64,000 nt of DNA from an uncultured Gemmatimonadales bacterium (GTDB taxonomy: Bacteria > Gemmatimonadota > Gemmatimonadetes > Longimicrobiales > RSA9). The notes beneath the pieces were generated by a model that saw only the letters and a program-made list of their open reading frames with translations, did not search any database and was not told the DNA's origin. Positions 37,717 to 46,856 of this stretch are shown piece by piece (the first letter of the stretch is position 1; every line of letters begins with the position of its first letter). The translations under genes and the position numbers were made by a program. The stretch lies in the NCBI GenBank assembly GCA_963816355.1, contig CAWFKH010000006.1, forward strand, positions 416,001-480,000, written 5' to 3'.

Positions 37717-37801
37717 TTCCACCTCCGATTCGATGACGCGGTGATCCCTACGAGGTGGAGTGCGCGTGGGTTTCTCCCGCGGACCGTGCGAGCGGGGCGG
37801 A

Positions 37802-38104
37802 TCAGACCCGGTAACGGTCCGACCCGATCCGCAGCACCAGGTGATCCGAAGGGCCGGTGCCGCCTCCCGCCCCGTTCGTCGTCGTGCCCGGAGGCAGAGG
37901 CGCGGGCGCCGGCGTCCCCGTATTCGGCTGGGCCGGCGCGACGGCGCCCGGGTTGGCCCCCGTCCCCGCGCCCGGGTCGACGGCGCCCGGCGCCGGCTGG
38001 GTCTGTACGGCCGGCTCGCGCGGGCCGCGGCCCCACCACGCCCACCAGATGATCAGGATGATGAGGATGATCGCTACGATCCACCACCACCCGCATCCGG
38101 CCAT
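37802..38104 (-). CDS. small single-TM Trp-rich protein with Pro/Gly/Thr-rich tail
   Basis: ATG after GGAGAG; WWWIVAIILIILIIWWAWW TM helix. Confidence 0.6.
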   Translation of the reverse strand: MAGCGWWWIVAIILIILIIWWAWWGRGPREPAVQTQPAPGAVDPGAGTGANPGAVAPAQPNTGTPAPAPLPPGTTTNGAGGGTGPSDHLVLRIGSDRYRV

Positions 38105-38335
38105 GTCTCTCCATCCGCGACGCGGCGGCTCGCCCGCCGGAGGTCGATTCGTCGCCACGGGACGCCTCCCTTGCGTGATGAAAAAAATGCATCTTTCGGT
38201 GCCGGTTCGCGACCCGGCGGGAAAAGTGCAACGAGCGTGCCGACGGCGTCCCGCTTGATTTCGTATTGTCGTTTCCTGACTTTGCAGCGCGCTGAGGGTA
38301 CGGCGCGTCCCGAACCGAAGGAAGGCGCGCGAGAC

Positions 38336-41300
38336 GTGGACACGATCGAGACCGCATCACGGGCCGGCAAGCTGGAGCCGGCGTCGCTGGACCAGATCTG
38401 CGAGGAGGCGAGCCGGCTCGCCGCGGAGGGCGGCCCGGATCCGCAGCTCGCGGGCCGCTTCGCGCGCCTCTTCTTCGCCAAGGCGCCGCCGGAGTTCTTC
38501 CAGGGCAGGAAGGCGGAGGCGCTCGCTGCCCTCGCGCTCGGCGCGCTCCGCATGCTCGAGCGCTCGAGCCCCGCCGAGGTCAACGTCGAGCTCTTCAACG
38601 CCGAGCCGGAGGTCGAGGGCTGGCGTGCGCCGGTCACGGTGATCCGCACCGACGTCTCGGAGCGGCCGTTCGTGGTCGACACGATACGCGAATACCTGCA
38701 CGCGCAGGAGTTCGCGATCGAGCGCTTCCTCCACCCGGTGCTCCAGGTGGTCCGCGACCGCCGCGGCCGCATCGAGCGGATCGCGTCCGCCGCGGCCGGC
38801 GACCCGCGGGAGTCGCTCGTCCACTGCGAGATCGCACGCGTCGAGGACCCCGAGCAGCTCGAAGCGATCCGCGTCGCCGTGCGCGAGATCCTGCAGGACA
38901 CGGTGCGCGCGACGGAGGACTTCGATCCGATGCTCGCCGCGCTGGACGGCACCGTCGACTACCTGCGCGAGGTCGCGCGCCAGCTTCCCGAGCGCCACCG
39001 CGAGGCGCAGGAGATCGTCGAGTTCCTCTCGTGGCTGCGCGAGGACAGCTTCGTCTTCCTCGGCTACCGCGGCTACGACATCGTCGACGCCCCCGCCGGT
39101 CCCCGCATCGTGGTCGAGCCCGGCTCCGGACTGGGGATTCTGCGTAACGAGGCGGAGTCGAGCTTCGCCGAGCCGGTCCCGCTCGCCGACCTGAAGCCCG
39201 GGCTGCGCGAGCGCGTCGAGGGGGGGCCGCTCCTCATCACGAGCAAGACGAACGCGCTCTCCAGCGTCCATCGCCGCGCCCGCATGGACTACGTCGGTGT
39301 GAAGAAGCTCGACGATGCCGGCCACGTCGTGGGCGAACGCCGCTTCATCGGCCTCTTCACCTCCCGCGCCTATGCCGAGGACGCCGAGCGGATCCCGATC
39401 CTGCGCGAGAAGCTGCGCGCCATCCTCGCCGAGGCGGGCGCGATCAAGGGCTCGCACGACTACAAGGAGATCATCACGATCTTCAACTCGATGCCGAAGG
39501 AGGAGCTCTTCCTCACGTCGGCGGAGCGGATCGGCTCCGAGATCCAGGCGGCGCTCGCGCTCTACCACACGCAGGAGGTCAAGGTCACCATGCGGCCGGA
39601 CCCGCTCGAGCGCGGCGTCTCCGTCATGGTCGTTCTGCCGAAGGACAAGTTCTCCGGCGAGGTGCGCAAGGAGATCGAGCGCGCGTTCGTCGCGAAGCTG
39701 GGCGGCGACGTGCTCAACTACCATCTCGCGCTCGGCGGCGGCGATCAGGCGCGCCTGCACTTCTACTTCGGCGCGACGCCGGAGCAGGTCGCCAACGTCG
39801 ATCCGGAGGAGCTCGAAGGCGTCGTGAAGCGCCTCACCCGCTCGTGGGCGGACCGCGTTCGCGTGGGCCTCGAGGAGCTGCATCCCGGCGAGGAGGCGCG
39901 GCGCCTCGCCCACCGGTACTCGGCCGCCTTCAGCCCGGAGTACCGCGCCGCGACCGAGCCGGACGTGGCGGAGCAGGACATCCTCGAGCTCGAGGCGATG
40001 CACGGCGCCGACCGCAGCGTCGCGATCGGCCTCTCCAACGCGCCCGCCGTCGAGGGGATCCCGATCGACGAGCCGGTCTCGCAGCTCAAGCTCTACCTGC
40101 GCGGCGGCCGCCTCGTCCTCTCGGACTTCATGCCGATTCTCGACAACGCCGGCCTGCGCGTCATCGCGATGAGCCCGTTCGAGGTGCAGGGCGACGACGT
40201 CGAGCGAGCCGCGATCTACGTCTTCGCCGTGCAGGACGCGCAGCGCCGCCCGATCGATCTCGTCGAGCACGGCGGCGCCCTCTCCGAGACGCTCCTCGCG
40301 GTGCGCGCGGGCGACGCCGCCAACGACCCGCTGAACGCGCTCGTCCTCACCGCCGGCCTCTCCTGGCGGGAGGCCGACGTCCTGCGCGCCTACTCCGAGT
40401 ATGCCTTCCAGCTCGAAGTCGTGCCGAGCCGCCTCTCGCTCGTCACCGCGCTGCGCGCCTACCCGGGCGCCGCCCGCCTCCTCTTCCGCCTCTTCGCCAC
40501 CCGCTTCGACCCCGCGCTCGAGCTCACCGACCGGCAGCGCGAGCGCGAAGCAGAGTCGATCCGCAGGGAGTTCATCCGCTCCCTCGAGGGCGTCGCCTCG
40601 CTCGGCGACGACCGTGCCCTGCGCCGGCTGCACGGCCTCGTCGAGGCGACCGTGCGCACCAACTACTACCGCAACGGCGGCGCGCGGCCGACGCGGCGCT
40701 CCGGCGGCGTGCCCTACGTCTCCTTCAAGTTCGACTGCGCCGCGCTGCCGAACGTGGCCAAGACGCGTCTGCGCTGCGAGGTGTGGGTCCACTCCTCGCG
40801 CATGGCCGGCGTGCACCTGCGCGGCTCGCGCGTGGCGCGCGGCGGCATCCGCTACAGCGACCGACCGGACGACTTCCGCACCGAGATCCTCGGCCTCGTG
40901 AAGACGCAGATGGTCAAGAATGCCGTCATCGTGCCGGGCGGCTCCAAGGGCGGCTTCGTCACGCGCCGCCAGTTCGCCGAGCGCGAGGCGATGGCGCAGG
41001 AAGTGACCGAGCAGTACCGGACCCTCATGCGCGGCCTGCTCGACCTCACCGACAACTACGACCACGGCGCCGTCGTCCACCCGCCCGACACGCTGATCTA
41101 CGACGAACCCGACCCCTACCTCGTCGTCGCCGCCGACAAGGGGACCGCCCACCTCTCCGACGTCGCGAACGAGATCTCCGCCGAGTACGACTTCTGGCTC
41201 GGCGACGCCTTCGCCTCCGGCGGCTCCAACGGCTACGACCACAAGGAAGTCGCAATCACCGCCCGCGGCGCGTGGGAGTGCGTCCGCCGCCACTTCCGCG

Positions 41301-43240
41301 AGATGGGCCGCGACATCCAGACGGAGCCGTTCACCGTCGTCGGCATCGGCGACATGAGCGGCGACGTCTTCGGCAACGGCATGCTGCTCTCGCCGGAGAT
41401 CCGCCTCGTCGCCGCCTTCGACCACCGCCACATTTTCGTCGATCCGACGACGGATCCCGCCGTCTCCTTCGCGGAGCGCGAGCGCCTCTTCCACGCCGGC
41501 CGCACGAGCTGGGACGACTACGATCGCGACGCCCTCGGCAAGGGCGGCTTCATCGTGCCGCGCGGCGCCAAGGAGGTGGACCTGACCGCGCCGGCTCGCA
41601 AGGCGCTCGGCCTGCCCGCCGGCACCAAGGTCCTCGACGGCGAGTCGCTGATCCGCGCCATCCTGGCCGCGCCCGTGGACCTCCTCTGGAACGGCGGCAT
41701 CGGGACCTACGTCAGGGCCTCCACCGAGATCGACGCCGAGGTCGGCGACTCCGCCAACGACCCCGTACGGATCGACGCGACGCAGCTCCGCTGCAAGGTG
41801 ATCGGCGAGGGCGGCAACCTCGGACTCACCCAGCGTGCACGCATCGAGTACGCCCTCGGCGGCGGCCGCCTCAACACGGACGCGCTCGACAACTCCGGCG
41901 GCGTCGACATGTCGGACCGGGAGGTGAATCTCAAGATCCTGCTCGACGGCGCCATCGCCGGCGGCCGCATGGACTTCGACGAGCGAAACCGCCTGCTGCG
42001 CGAGCTGACCCCCTCGGTCACCGACCTCGTCCTGCGCGACAACCGTTCGCAGTCGCTCGCCGTATCGCTCGAGCAGATCCGCGCCGGCGAGGCGGTCGAC
42101 GACTTCCAGGAGCTGATGACGCTGCTCGAGAAGGAGGCGCTGCTCGACCGCGCCGCCGAGACCCTCCCATCCTCCGAGGACGTGGCCGAGCGCAGGGCCG
42201 CCGGCGCCACGCTGACCCGCCCCGAGCTGTGCGTCCTGCTCGCCTACGGCAAGCTCGCCCTCAAGCAGCACCTGCTCGCCAGCGACCTGCCGGACGACCC
42301 CGCCTTCGCGGGCTACCTCGTCCACTACTTCCCCGCCGCCGCCGCCGCCGCCGCCGGCGAGGACGCGCTCAAGGGACACCGCCTGCGCCGCGAGGTCGTC
42401 GCCAGCCAGCTCACCAACGACCTCGTCGACCTCATGGGCGCGACCTTCGTCACGCGCACCTCGCGCGACACCGGCCACTTGCCCGCCGACGTCGTGCGCG
42501 CCTGGGTCGTCGGCGCCCAGCTCTGCGGCGCGTCCGACCTTCGCGAGAGCCTCGCCGACGTCGAGGGAGACCTCGACTCCGAGGCCGTCTACCGCTGGCT
42601 GCTCGGCCTCGCCCGCGTCCTCGAGCGCACCGCCCGCTGGGTCCTCGCCAACGTGCCGGCCGACGTGCCCGCCTCCGTCGTCATCGAGCAGCACCTCGAC
42701 GGCCTCGAGCGGCTCCGCCAACGCTTCGGCGACGTCGTGGCCGGCGAGGAGCGCAGCGTCTTCGAGGATCGCGTCCGCGAGATGCAGCAGATGATCGACC
42801 GCCACGATCTCGCGCAGCGCCTGATCACGCTCCGCTTCCTCGACCAGCTCCTCGAGATCCTGCGCGTCGCGGCCGAAACCGACGCCGACCCGCTGCGCGT
42901 CGCGCGCACCTACTATCTCGCTTCCGAGCTGCTCGCCATCCCGTGGCTCCGACGCGCCCTCTTCGACGCCGCGGACGACGGCCGCTGGGAGCAGCGCGCC
43001 GCCAGCGCCCTCGCCGACGACATCGGCCGTGCCCACCGCGTCCTCACGGAGCGCATCATGCAGTCCGGCGAGGAGGACCGCACCGTCGACGACCTCCTGG
43101 GCGCCATACGCGACGAGCGCGGCCGCGAGCTCGACGCCTACCGTGACCTCGTCGGCGAAGTCCGCGACGCGCCCGCGATCTCGCTCTCCGCGCTCTCGGT
43201 CGTCGTGCGGGAGCTGCAGCTGCTCGCCGGGTTGCGGTGA
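38336..43240 (+). CDS. gdhB: large NAD-specific glutamate dehydrogenase (~1630 aa)
   Basis: PFVVDTI, GVHLRG..VARGGIRYSDR.DDFRTEILGLVKTQMVKNAVIVP.GSKGGF, DPYLVVAADKGTA, DAFASGGS.GYDHK, GIGDMSGDVFGNGML, LWNGGIGTY, GEGGNLG.TQ, NTDALDNSGGVD.SD.EVN.KI. GTG start inferred. Confidence 0.95.
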   Translation: MDTIETASRAGKLEPASLDQICEEASRLAAEGGPDPQLAGRFARLFFAKAPPEFFQGRKAEALAALALGALRMLERSSPAEVNVELFNAEPEVEGWRAPVTVIRTDVSERPFVVDTIREYLHAQEFAIERFLHPVLQVVRDRRGRIERIASAAAGDPRESLVHCEIARVEDPEQLEAIRVAVREILQDTVRATEDFDPMLAALDGTVDYLREVARQLPERHREAQEIVEFLSWLREDSFVFLGYRGYDIVDAPAGPRIVVEPGSGLGILRNEAESSFAEPVPLADLKPGLRERVEGGPLLITSKTNALSSVHRRARMDYVGVKKLDDAGHVVGERRFIGLFTSRAYAEDAERIPILREKLRAILAEAGAIKGSHDYKEIITIFNSMPKEELFLTSAERIGSEIQAALALYHTQEVKVTMRPDPLERGVSVMVVLPKDKFSGEVRKEIERAFVAKLGGDVLNYHLALGGGDQARLHFYFGATPEQVANVDPEELEGVVKRLTRSWADRVRVGLEELHPGEEARRLAHRYSAAFSPEYRAATEPDVAEQDILELEAMHGADRSVAIGLSNAPAVEGIPIDEPVSQLKLYLRGGRLVLSDFMPILDNAGLRVIAMSPFEVQGDDVERAAIYVFAVQDAQRRPIDLVEHGGALSETLLAVRAGDAANDPLNALVLTAGLSWREADVLRAYSEYAFQLEVVPSRLSLVTALRAYPGAARLLFRLFATRFDPALELTDRQREREAESIRREFIRSLEGVASLGDDRALRRLHGLVEATVRTNYYRNGGARPTRRSGGVPYVSFKFDCAALPNVAKTRLRCEVWVHSSRMAGVHLRGSRVARGGIRYSDRPDDFRTEILGLVKTQMVKNAVIVPGGSKGGFVTRRQFAEREAMAQEVTEQYRTLMRGLLDLTDNYDHGAVVHPPDTLIYDEPDPYLVVAADKGTAHLSDVANEISAEYDFWLGDAFASGGSNGYDHKEVAITARGAWECVRRHFREMGRDIQTEPFTVVGIGDMSGDVFGNGMLLSPEIRLVAAFDHRHIFVDPTTDPAVSFAERERLFHAGRTSWDDYDRDALGKGGFIVPRGAKEVDLTAPARKALGLPAGTKVLDGESLIRAILAAPVDLLWNGGIGTYVRASTEIDAEVGDSANDPVRIDATQLRCKVIGEGGNLGLTQRARIEYALGGGRLNTDALDNSGGVDMSDREVNLKILLDGAIAGGRMDFDERNRLLRELTPSVTDLVLRDNRSQSLAVSLEQIRAGEAVDDFQELMTLLEKEALLDRAAETLPSSEDVAERRAAGATLTRPELCVLLAYGKLALKQHLLASDLPDDPAFAGYLVHYFPAAAAAAAGEDALKGHRLRREVVASQLTNDLVDLMGATFVTRTSRDTGHLPADVVRAWVVGAQLCGASDLRESLADVEGDLDSEAVYRWLLGLARVLERTARWVLANVPADVPASVVIEQHLDGLERLRQRFGDVVAGEERSVFEDRVREMQQMIDRHDLAQRLITLRFLDQLLEILRVAAETDADPLRVARTYYLASELLAIPWLRRALFDAADDGRWEQRAASALADDIGRAHRVLTERIMQSGEEDRTVDDLLGAIRDERGRELDAYRDLVGEVRDAPAISLSALSVVVRELQLLAGLR

Positions 43241-43270
43241 GGCGCGCCGGACGCCGAGAGAAGCCGCAGG

Positions 43271-43332
43271 GCGGCAGGGAAACGCCCGCGGCCGTCGGAA
43301 GCGCGTGCGGCAGGGAAACGCCTGCGGCAGGG
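43271..43332 (+). repeat. degenerate 17-19-bp tandem repeat (GCGGCAGGGAAACGCC)
   Basis: Exact 16-mers at 43271 and 43307, degenerate copy at 43288, 9-bp partial at 43324. Confidence 0.75.
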
Positions 43333-43352
43333 GATTATTTCGGAGGTGCCGT

Positions 43353-45926
43353 ATGAGAATAGCGGGATCGGCCGTTCTGATCGCGATCCTCGCCGCGTGC
43401 GGAGGGCGGACGGCGCGCCCGGCACCGGGTGGCGACTCGCCGGGCACGCCGACGGCGGGCCCCGCCGCGGCCGCGACGGCCGCGTCCGAGCCTGGGCTCG
43501 ACAGCGTGCCTCCGTTCCGGCCGCTTCCGCTCGTCACCTGGGGGGCGTCGCCGCCCGGTCCGCCGCACGAGGAGCGCGGCCGCACCTACGACCTCGTCCA
43601 CCAGGCCACGCACGTGCGCTTCGACTGGGAGCGGCACGCCGTGGTCGGCACGACCACCGTTCGCTTCGCCGCCCTCGATCGCCCGCTCGCTACGCTCGCG
43701 CTCGACGCCGAGGCGATGAAGATCGGCTCGGTGCGCGACGCGCGCGGGCGCGCGCTGCGCCACGACTACGACGGCCACACCCTGCGCGTGCACCTCGCCC
43801 GCCCGCTCGGCGCGGGTGACACGGCGACCGCGACGGTCGCCTACGAGAGCGTCGAGCCGGGGCGCGGGGCGTACTTCATCGACCGCCTCCACATGCTATG
43901 GACGCAGGGCGAGACCGACTACACGCGCTACTGGCTCCCGACCTACGACTATCCGAACGACAAGGCGACGTGGGAATTCTTCGTGACCGTGCCACGAGGT
44001 GAGAAGGCGCTGTCGAACGGGCGGCTCGTGGCCGTGGACACGACGCGCGACGGCGTCGTCTGGCACTGGTCCCTCGACCACCCCGCTTCCACGTACCTGA
44101 TGTCGGTCGTCACCGGCGACTACGCCGTGATCCACGACCACTGGAACGACGTGCCGGTCGACTACTGGGTCTACCCGGACTCGATCGCCGCCGGTCGGCG
44201 CGGCTTCGGCATGACGCCTGAGGCGATCGGCATCTACTCCCGCAAGACCGGCGTCCGCTACCCGTGGAGCAAGTACGACCAGTCCGTCGCGCCGGACTAC
44301 ATCTTCGGCGGCATGGAGAACGTCACCGCCACCACGCAGCTCGACGACGGCATCCTCCATCCGGCGTGGGCGGAGCCCCAGGAGTACAGCGGCGGCCTCG
44401 TCGCCCACGAGCTCGGCCACCAGTGGTACGGCGACCTGCTCACCACCCGGAACTGGGCCAACGCCTGGCTCAACGAAGGCTTCGCGACCTTCATGGAGCA
44501 GATCTTCACGGAGGAGGCGCGCGGCCGCGACGAGGGCGACTTCGACCGCCTCGGCTCGCACGAACAGGCCGTTCGCGCCGACCGCCGGGCGCGCCGCCCC
44601 CTGGTGTGGAGCCACTGGGTCGCCGACCCGTTCGACGTCTTCTTCAGCGGCCACATCTATCCCCGCGGCGCCACCGTGCTGCAGATGCTTCGCCACGAGC
44701 TGGGCGACTCCACCTTCTGGGCCGCCATGCACCGCTACACCGTCGAGCACGCCTACGGCACCGTCACCAGCGCCGACCTCGAGAAAGCCTTCGAGGACGA
44801 GACCGGCCGCAGCTTCCAGGACTTCTTCCACGACTGGGTCTACGGCGCCGGATACCCCGCCTTCCGCGTCTCCTCGCGGTGGACCGGCGGGACGCTGCAC
44901 GTCGACGCGCGCGAAGTGCAGCCCCGCGACTCCATGACCGACTGGTTCGACGTGGACGTCGCCGTCCGTGCGCTCACCGACGCCGGGCCCGTCGACGGCG
45001 TCGTCCACGTCCGGAACGGCAGCGGTAGCGCGGATCTCGCGCTCCCCGCACCGCCGCGCGCGGTCGTATGGGATCCGGGCGACTGGCTTCTCGACGTCAC
45101 GGACTTCCCTCGCTCCACACGCATGCTCGCCTACCAGGCACGCCACGCCGAGCGCGTGCCCGGCCGCGTGGAGGCGATCGAGCGCCTCGGTGAGCGCACG
45201 GCGCAGGCCGCAGCCCTGGCCGCCATAGCCGATGCCGCCACCGAAGACCCGTTCTGGGGCGTCCGCCAGCGCGCCGTCCGGGCGCTGGCGGCGTTCGCTT
45301 CGACCGGCGCGTCCAGCTCCGCCGACTCGGCCACGATCGCCGACTCGGCCGCCGCCGCGCTCCTCGCCGCGAGCCGCGATCCCGATCCGCGCGTGCGTCA
45401 GGCCGCCGCCGCGTCGCTCGGCCATTTTCGGGGCGACGCCGTCGCGGCCACACTGCAGCGGCTCGCGACGACCGACTCCTCCTACTACGTCCGCGGCGAT
45501 GCGGTCCAGTCGCTCGCCGCCGTCGCGCCCGGCGCCGCGCTACCGGTGATTCACGCCCTGCTGCAGCAGGATTCCTGGCTCGACGTCCTGCGCGCCAACG
45601 CCATCTACGCGCTCGCCGCGACGGACGCGCCCGAGGTCGGGCGGACGCTGCTCTCCTTCCTGGAGCCGCGACACGCGCGCGAGTCGAGGAATGCCGCGAT
45701 CGAGTCTCTCGCCGCCCGCGCTTCCGGCAACGAGGCGCTCATCGCGAGCCGCCTCGAGCCGTACCTCCACGACCCGGACCAGTTCATCCGCGAGGCGATC
45801 GCCCGCGCGCTCGGCGAGCTCGGCCAGACCTCGAGCATCGCCGCCCTGGAGGCGCAGCGCCGCGTCGAGCTGGAGAGCCGCGTCGTCAACGCGATCGACG
45901 CCGCCATCGAGAGGATCCGGCGCTAG
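43353..45926 (+). CDS. M1 family aminopeptidase lipoprotein with C-terminal HEAT repeats
   Basis: Lipobox LAAC, GGMEN, HELGHQW followed by WLNEGFA, YPRGA.VL.MLR; DPFWGVR, DPDPRVR and DSSYYVR HEAT units; ATG after GGAGG. Confidence 0.92.
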   Translation: MRIAGSAVLIAILAACGGRTARPAPGGDSPGTPTAGPAAAATAASEPGLDSVPPFRPLPLVTWGASPPGPPHEERGRTYDLVHQATHVRFDWERHAVVGTTTVRFAALDRPLATLALDAEAMKIGSVRDARGRALRHDYDGHTLRVHLARPLGAGDTATATVAYESVEPGRGAYFIDRLHMLWTQGETDYTRYWLPTYDYPNDKATWEFFVTVPRGEKALSNGRLVAVDTTRDGVVWHWSLDHPASTYLMSVVTGDYAVIHDHWNDVPVDYWVYPDSIAAGRRGFGMTPEAIGIYSRKTGVRYPWSKYDQSVAPDYIFGGMENVTATTQLDDGILHPAWAEPQEYSGGLVAHELGHQWYGDLLTTRNWANAWLNEGFATFMEQIFTEEARGRDEGDFDRLGSHEQAVRADRRARRPLVWSHWVADPFDVFFSGHIYPRGATVLQMLRHELGDSTFWAAMHRYTVEHAYGTVTSADLEKAFEDETGRSFQDFFHDWVYGAGYPAFRVSSRWTGGTLHVDAREVQPRDSMTDWFDVDVAVRALTDAGPVDGVVHVRNGSGSADLALPAPPRAVVWDPGDWLLDVTDFPRSTRMLAYQARHAERVPGRVEAIERLGERTAQAAALAAIADAATEDPFWGVRQRAVRALAAFASTGASSSADSATIADSAAAALLAASRDPDPRVRQAAAASLGHFRGDAVAATLQRLATTDSSYYVRGDAVQSLAAVAPGAALPVIHALLQQDSWLDVLRANAIYALAATDAPEVGRTLLSFLEPRHARESRNAAIESLAARASGNEALIASRLEPYLHDPDQFIREAIARALGELGQTSSIAALEAQRRVELESRVVNAIDAAIERIRR

Positions 45927-46016
45927 TCGCACACTCGAGCAGGACGCCCGCCGCGCGAGGCAGTGCGAGGCGGTGAGCCAGCGTCCTTCCCTTCGTGTCG
46001 ACCGAGGAGCACACCC

Positions 46017-46331
46017 ATGGCATTCGATCAGTATCATGAGCCCCCTTCCGAGCTGCCGGCGCAGACACGCACCTTCGCGCGCATGCTCCTGTCGCTGATC
46101 GAGGAGGCCGAAGCGATCGACTGGTACGAGCAGCGCCTGGCGGTCGAGCCGGACGCGGACGCGACGCGCATCATGCGCAACGCGCAGAAGGAGGAGTTCA
46201 AGCACTTCGCGATGGACCTCGAGTTCCTCCTGCGGCGCACTCCGGAATGGCGCGAGATCTGCAAACGCGTGCTCTTCACGGAAGGCGACATCGTCGATCT
46301 CGGCGAGGCCGCCGAGGAGGAGGCCGACTGA
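46017..46331 (+). CDS. encapsulin-associated-type ferritin-like protein (EncFtn/Flp family), no targeting tail
   Basis: YHEP..EL, EE.EAIDWY.QR, EE.KH..M.LE.L.R....W, LFTEG.I; ATG after GAGGAG. Confidence 0.8.
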   Translation: MAFDQYHEPPSELPAQTRTFARMLLSLIEEAEAIDWYEQRLAVEPDADATRIMRNAQKEEFKHFAMDLEFLLRRTPEWREICKRVLFTEGDIVDLGEAAEEEAD

Positions 46332-46417
46332 GCCGACAGCGCCGCCGGCGGACCCGCGGCCGAGCGGTCCCGGCCGAGAGCGCCGGCGGCCGAAAGCACC
46401 GGTCCTTCCGTGGCCTG

Positions 46418-46606
46418 CTAGGCGTGGCTCTCGCCGCCGCCACGGAGCCTCGCGATCAGCTCCTTCACGACGGCCTCACGGGCTTTCAGCCGTTCCCTGA
46501 AATCCATGTTGTCCGTCTGCGACACCTCCATGCGGAGGTCCCCGAGATAATTCTCGAGGATCCCTCTCAGTTCGAGCGCTTCCTCTGAGCTCAGATCGAG
46601 CTGCAT
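46418..46606 (-). CDS. small helical hypothetical protein (62 aa)
   Basis: ATG after GGAGGGAGG; amphipathic helical sequence L.L..EE...L..IL..YL.DLR.E...TD..DFR..LK.RE. Confidence 0.7.
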   Translation of the reverse strand: MQLDLSSEEALELRGILENYLGDLRMEVSQTDNMDFRERLKAREAVVKELIARLRGGGESHA

Positions 46607-46856
46607 CGTGGCCTCCCTCCTGGAATCGTCCCACGGCCAACCCACGGCTGCGCTCTCCGCGGGGGGAACGAGCGCCGCGCTCCAGATTGTTTCCCCTGCT
46701 TCTTCCGCGCCAGCGGGGTCTCACCGCACGGCCATTGGCCGAAGCCGCCGGCGCGCCCGTTGCACGAAGACCGGGGCTTCGCCGTTGAACAAACCCGACC
46801 ACCGTTCTACCTTCCCGGCGCCGCGTCACCACGCCCCGCGACCCCCGGAGCCACAC

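Noticed and set aside
42333..42356. GCC trinucleotide run in gdhB
   Set aside because: In-frame poly-Ala in a GC-rich gene; cannot cause phase variation.
38357..43585. 1742-aa antisense ORF opposite the glutamate dehydrogenase, and 1100-aa alternate-frame ORF 39844-43146
   Set aside because: Shadow ORFs expected from strong GC3 bias; no motifs; the sense frame carries all GDH motifs.
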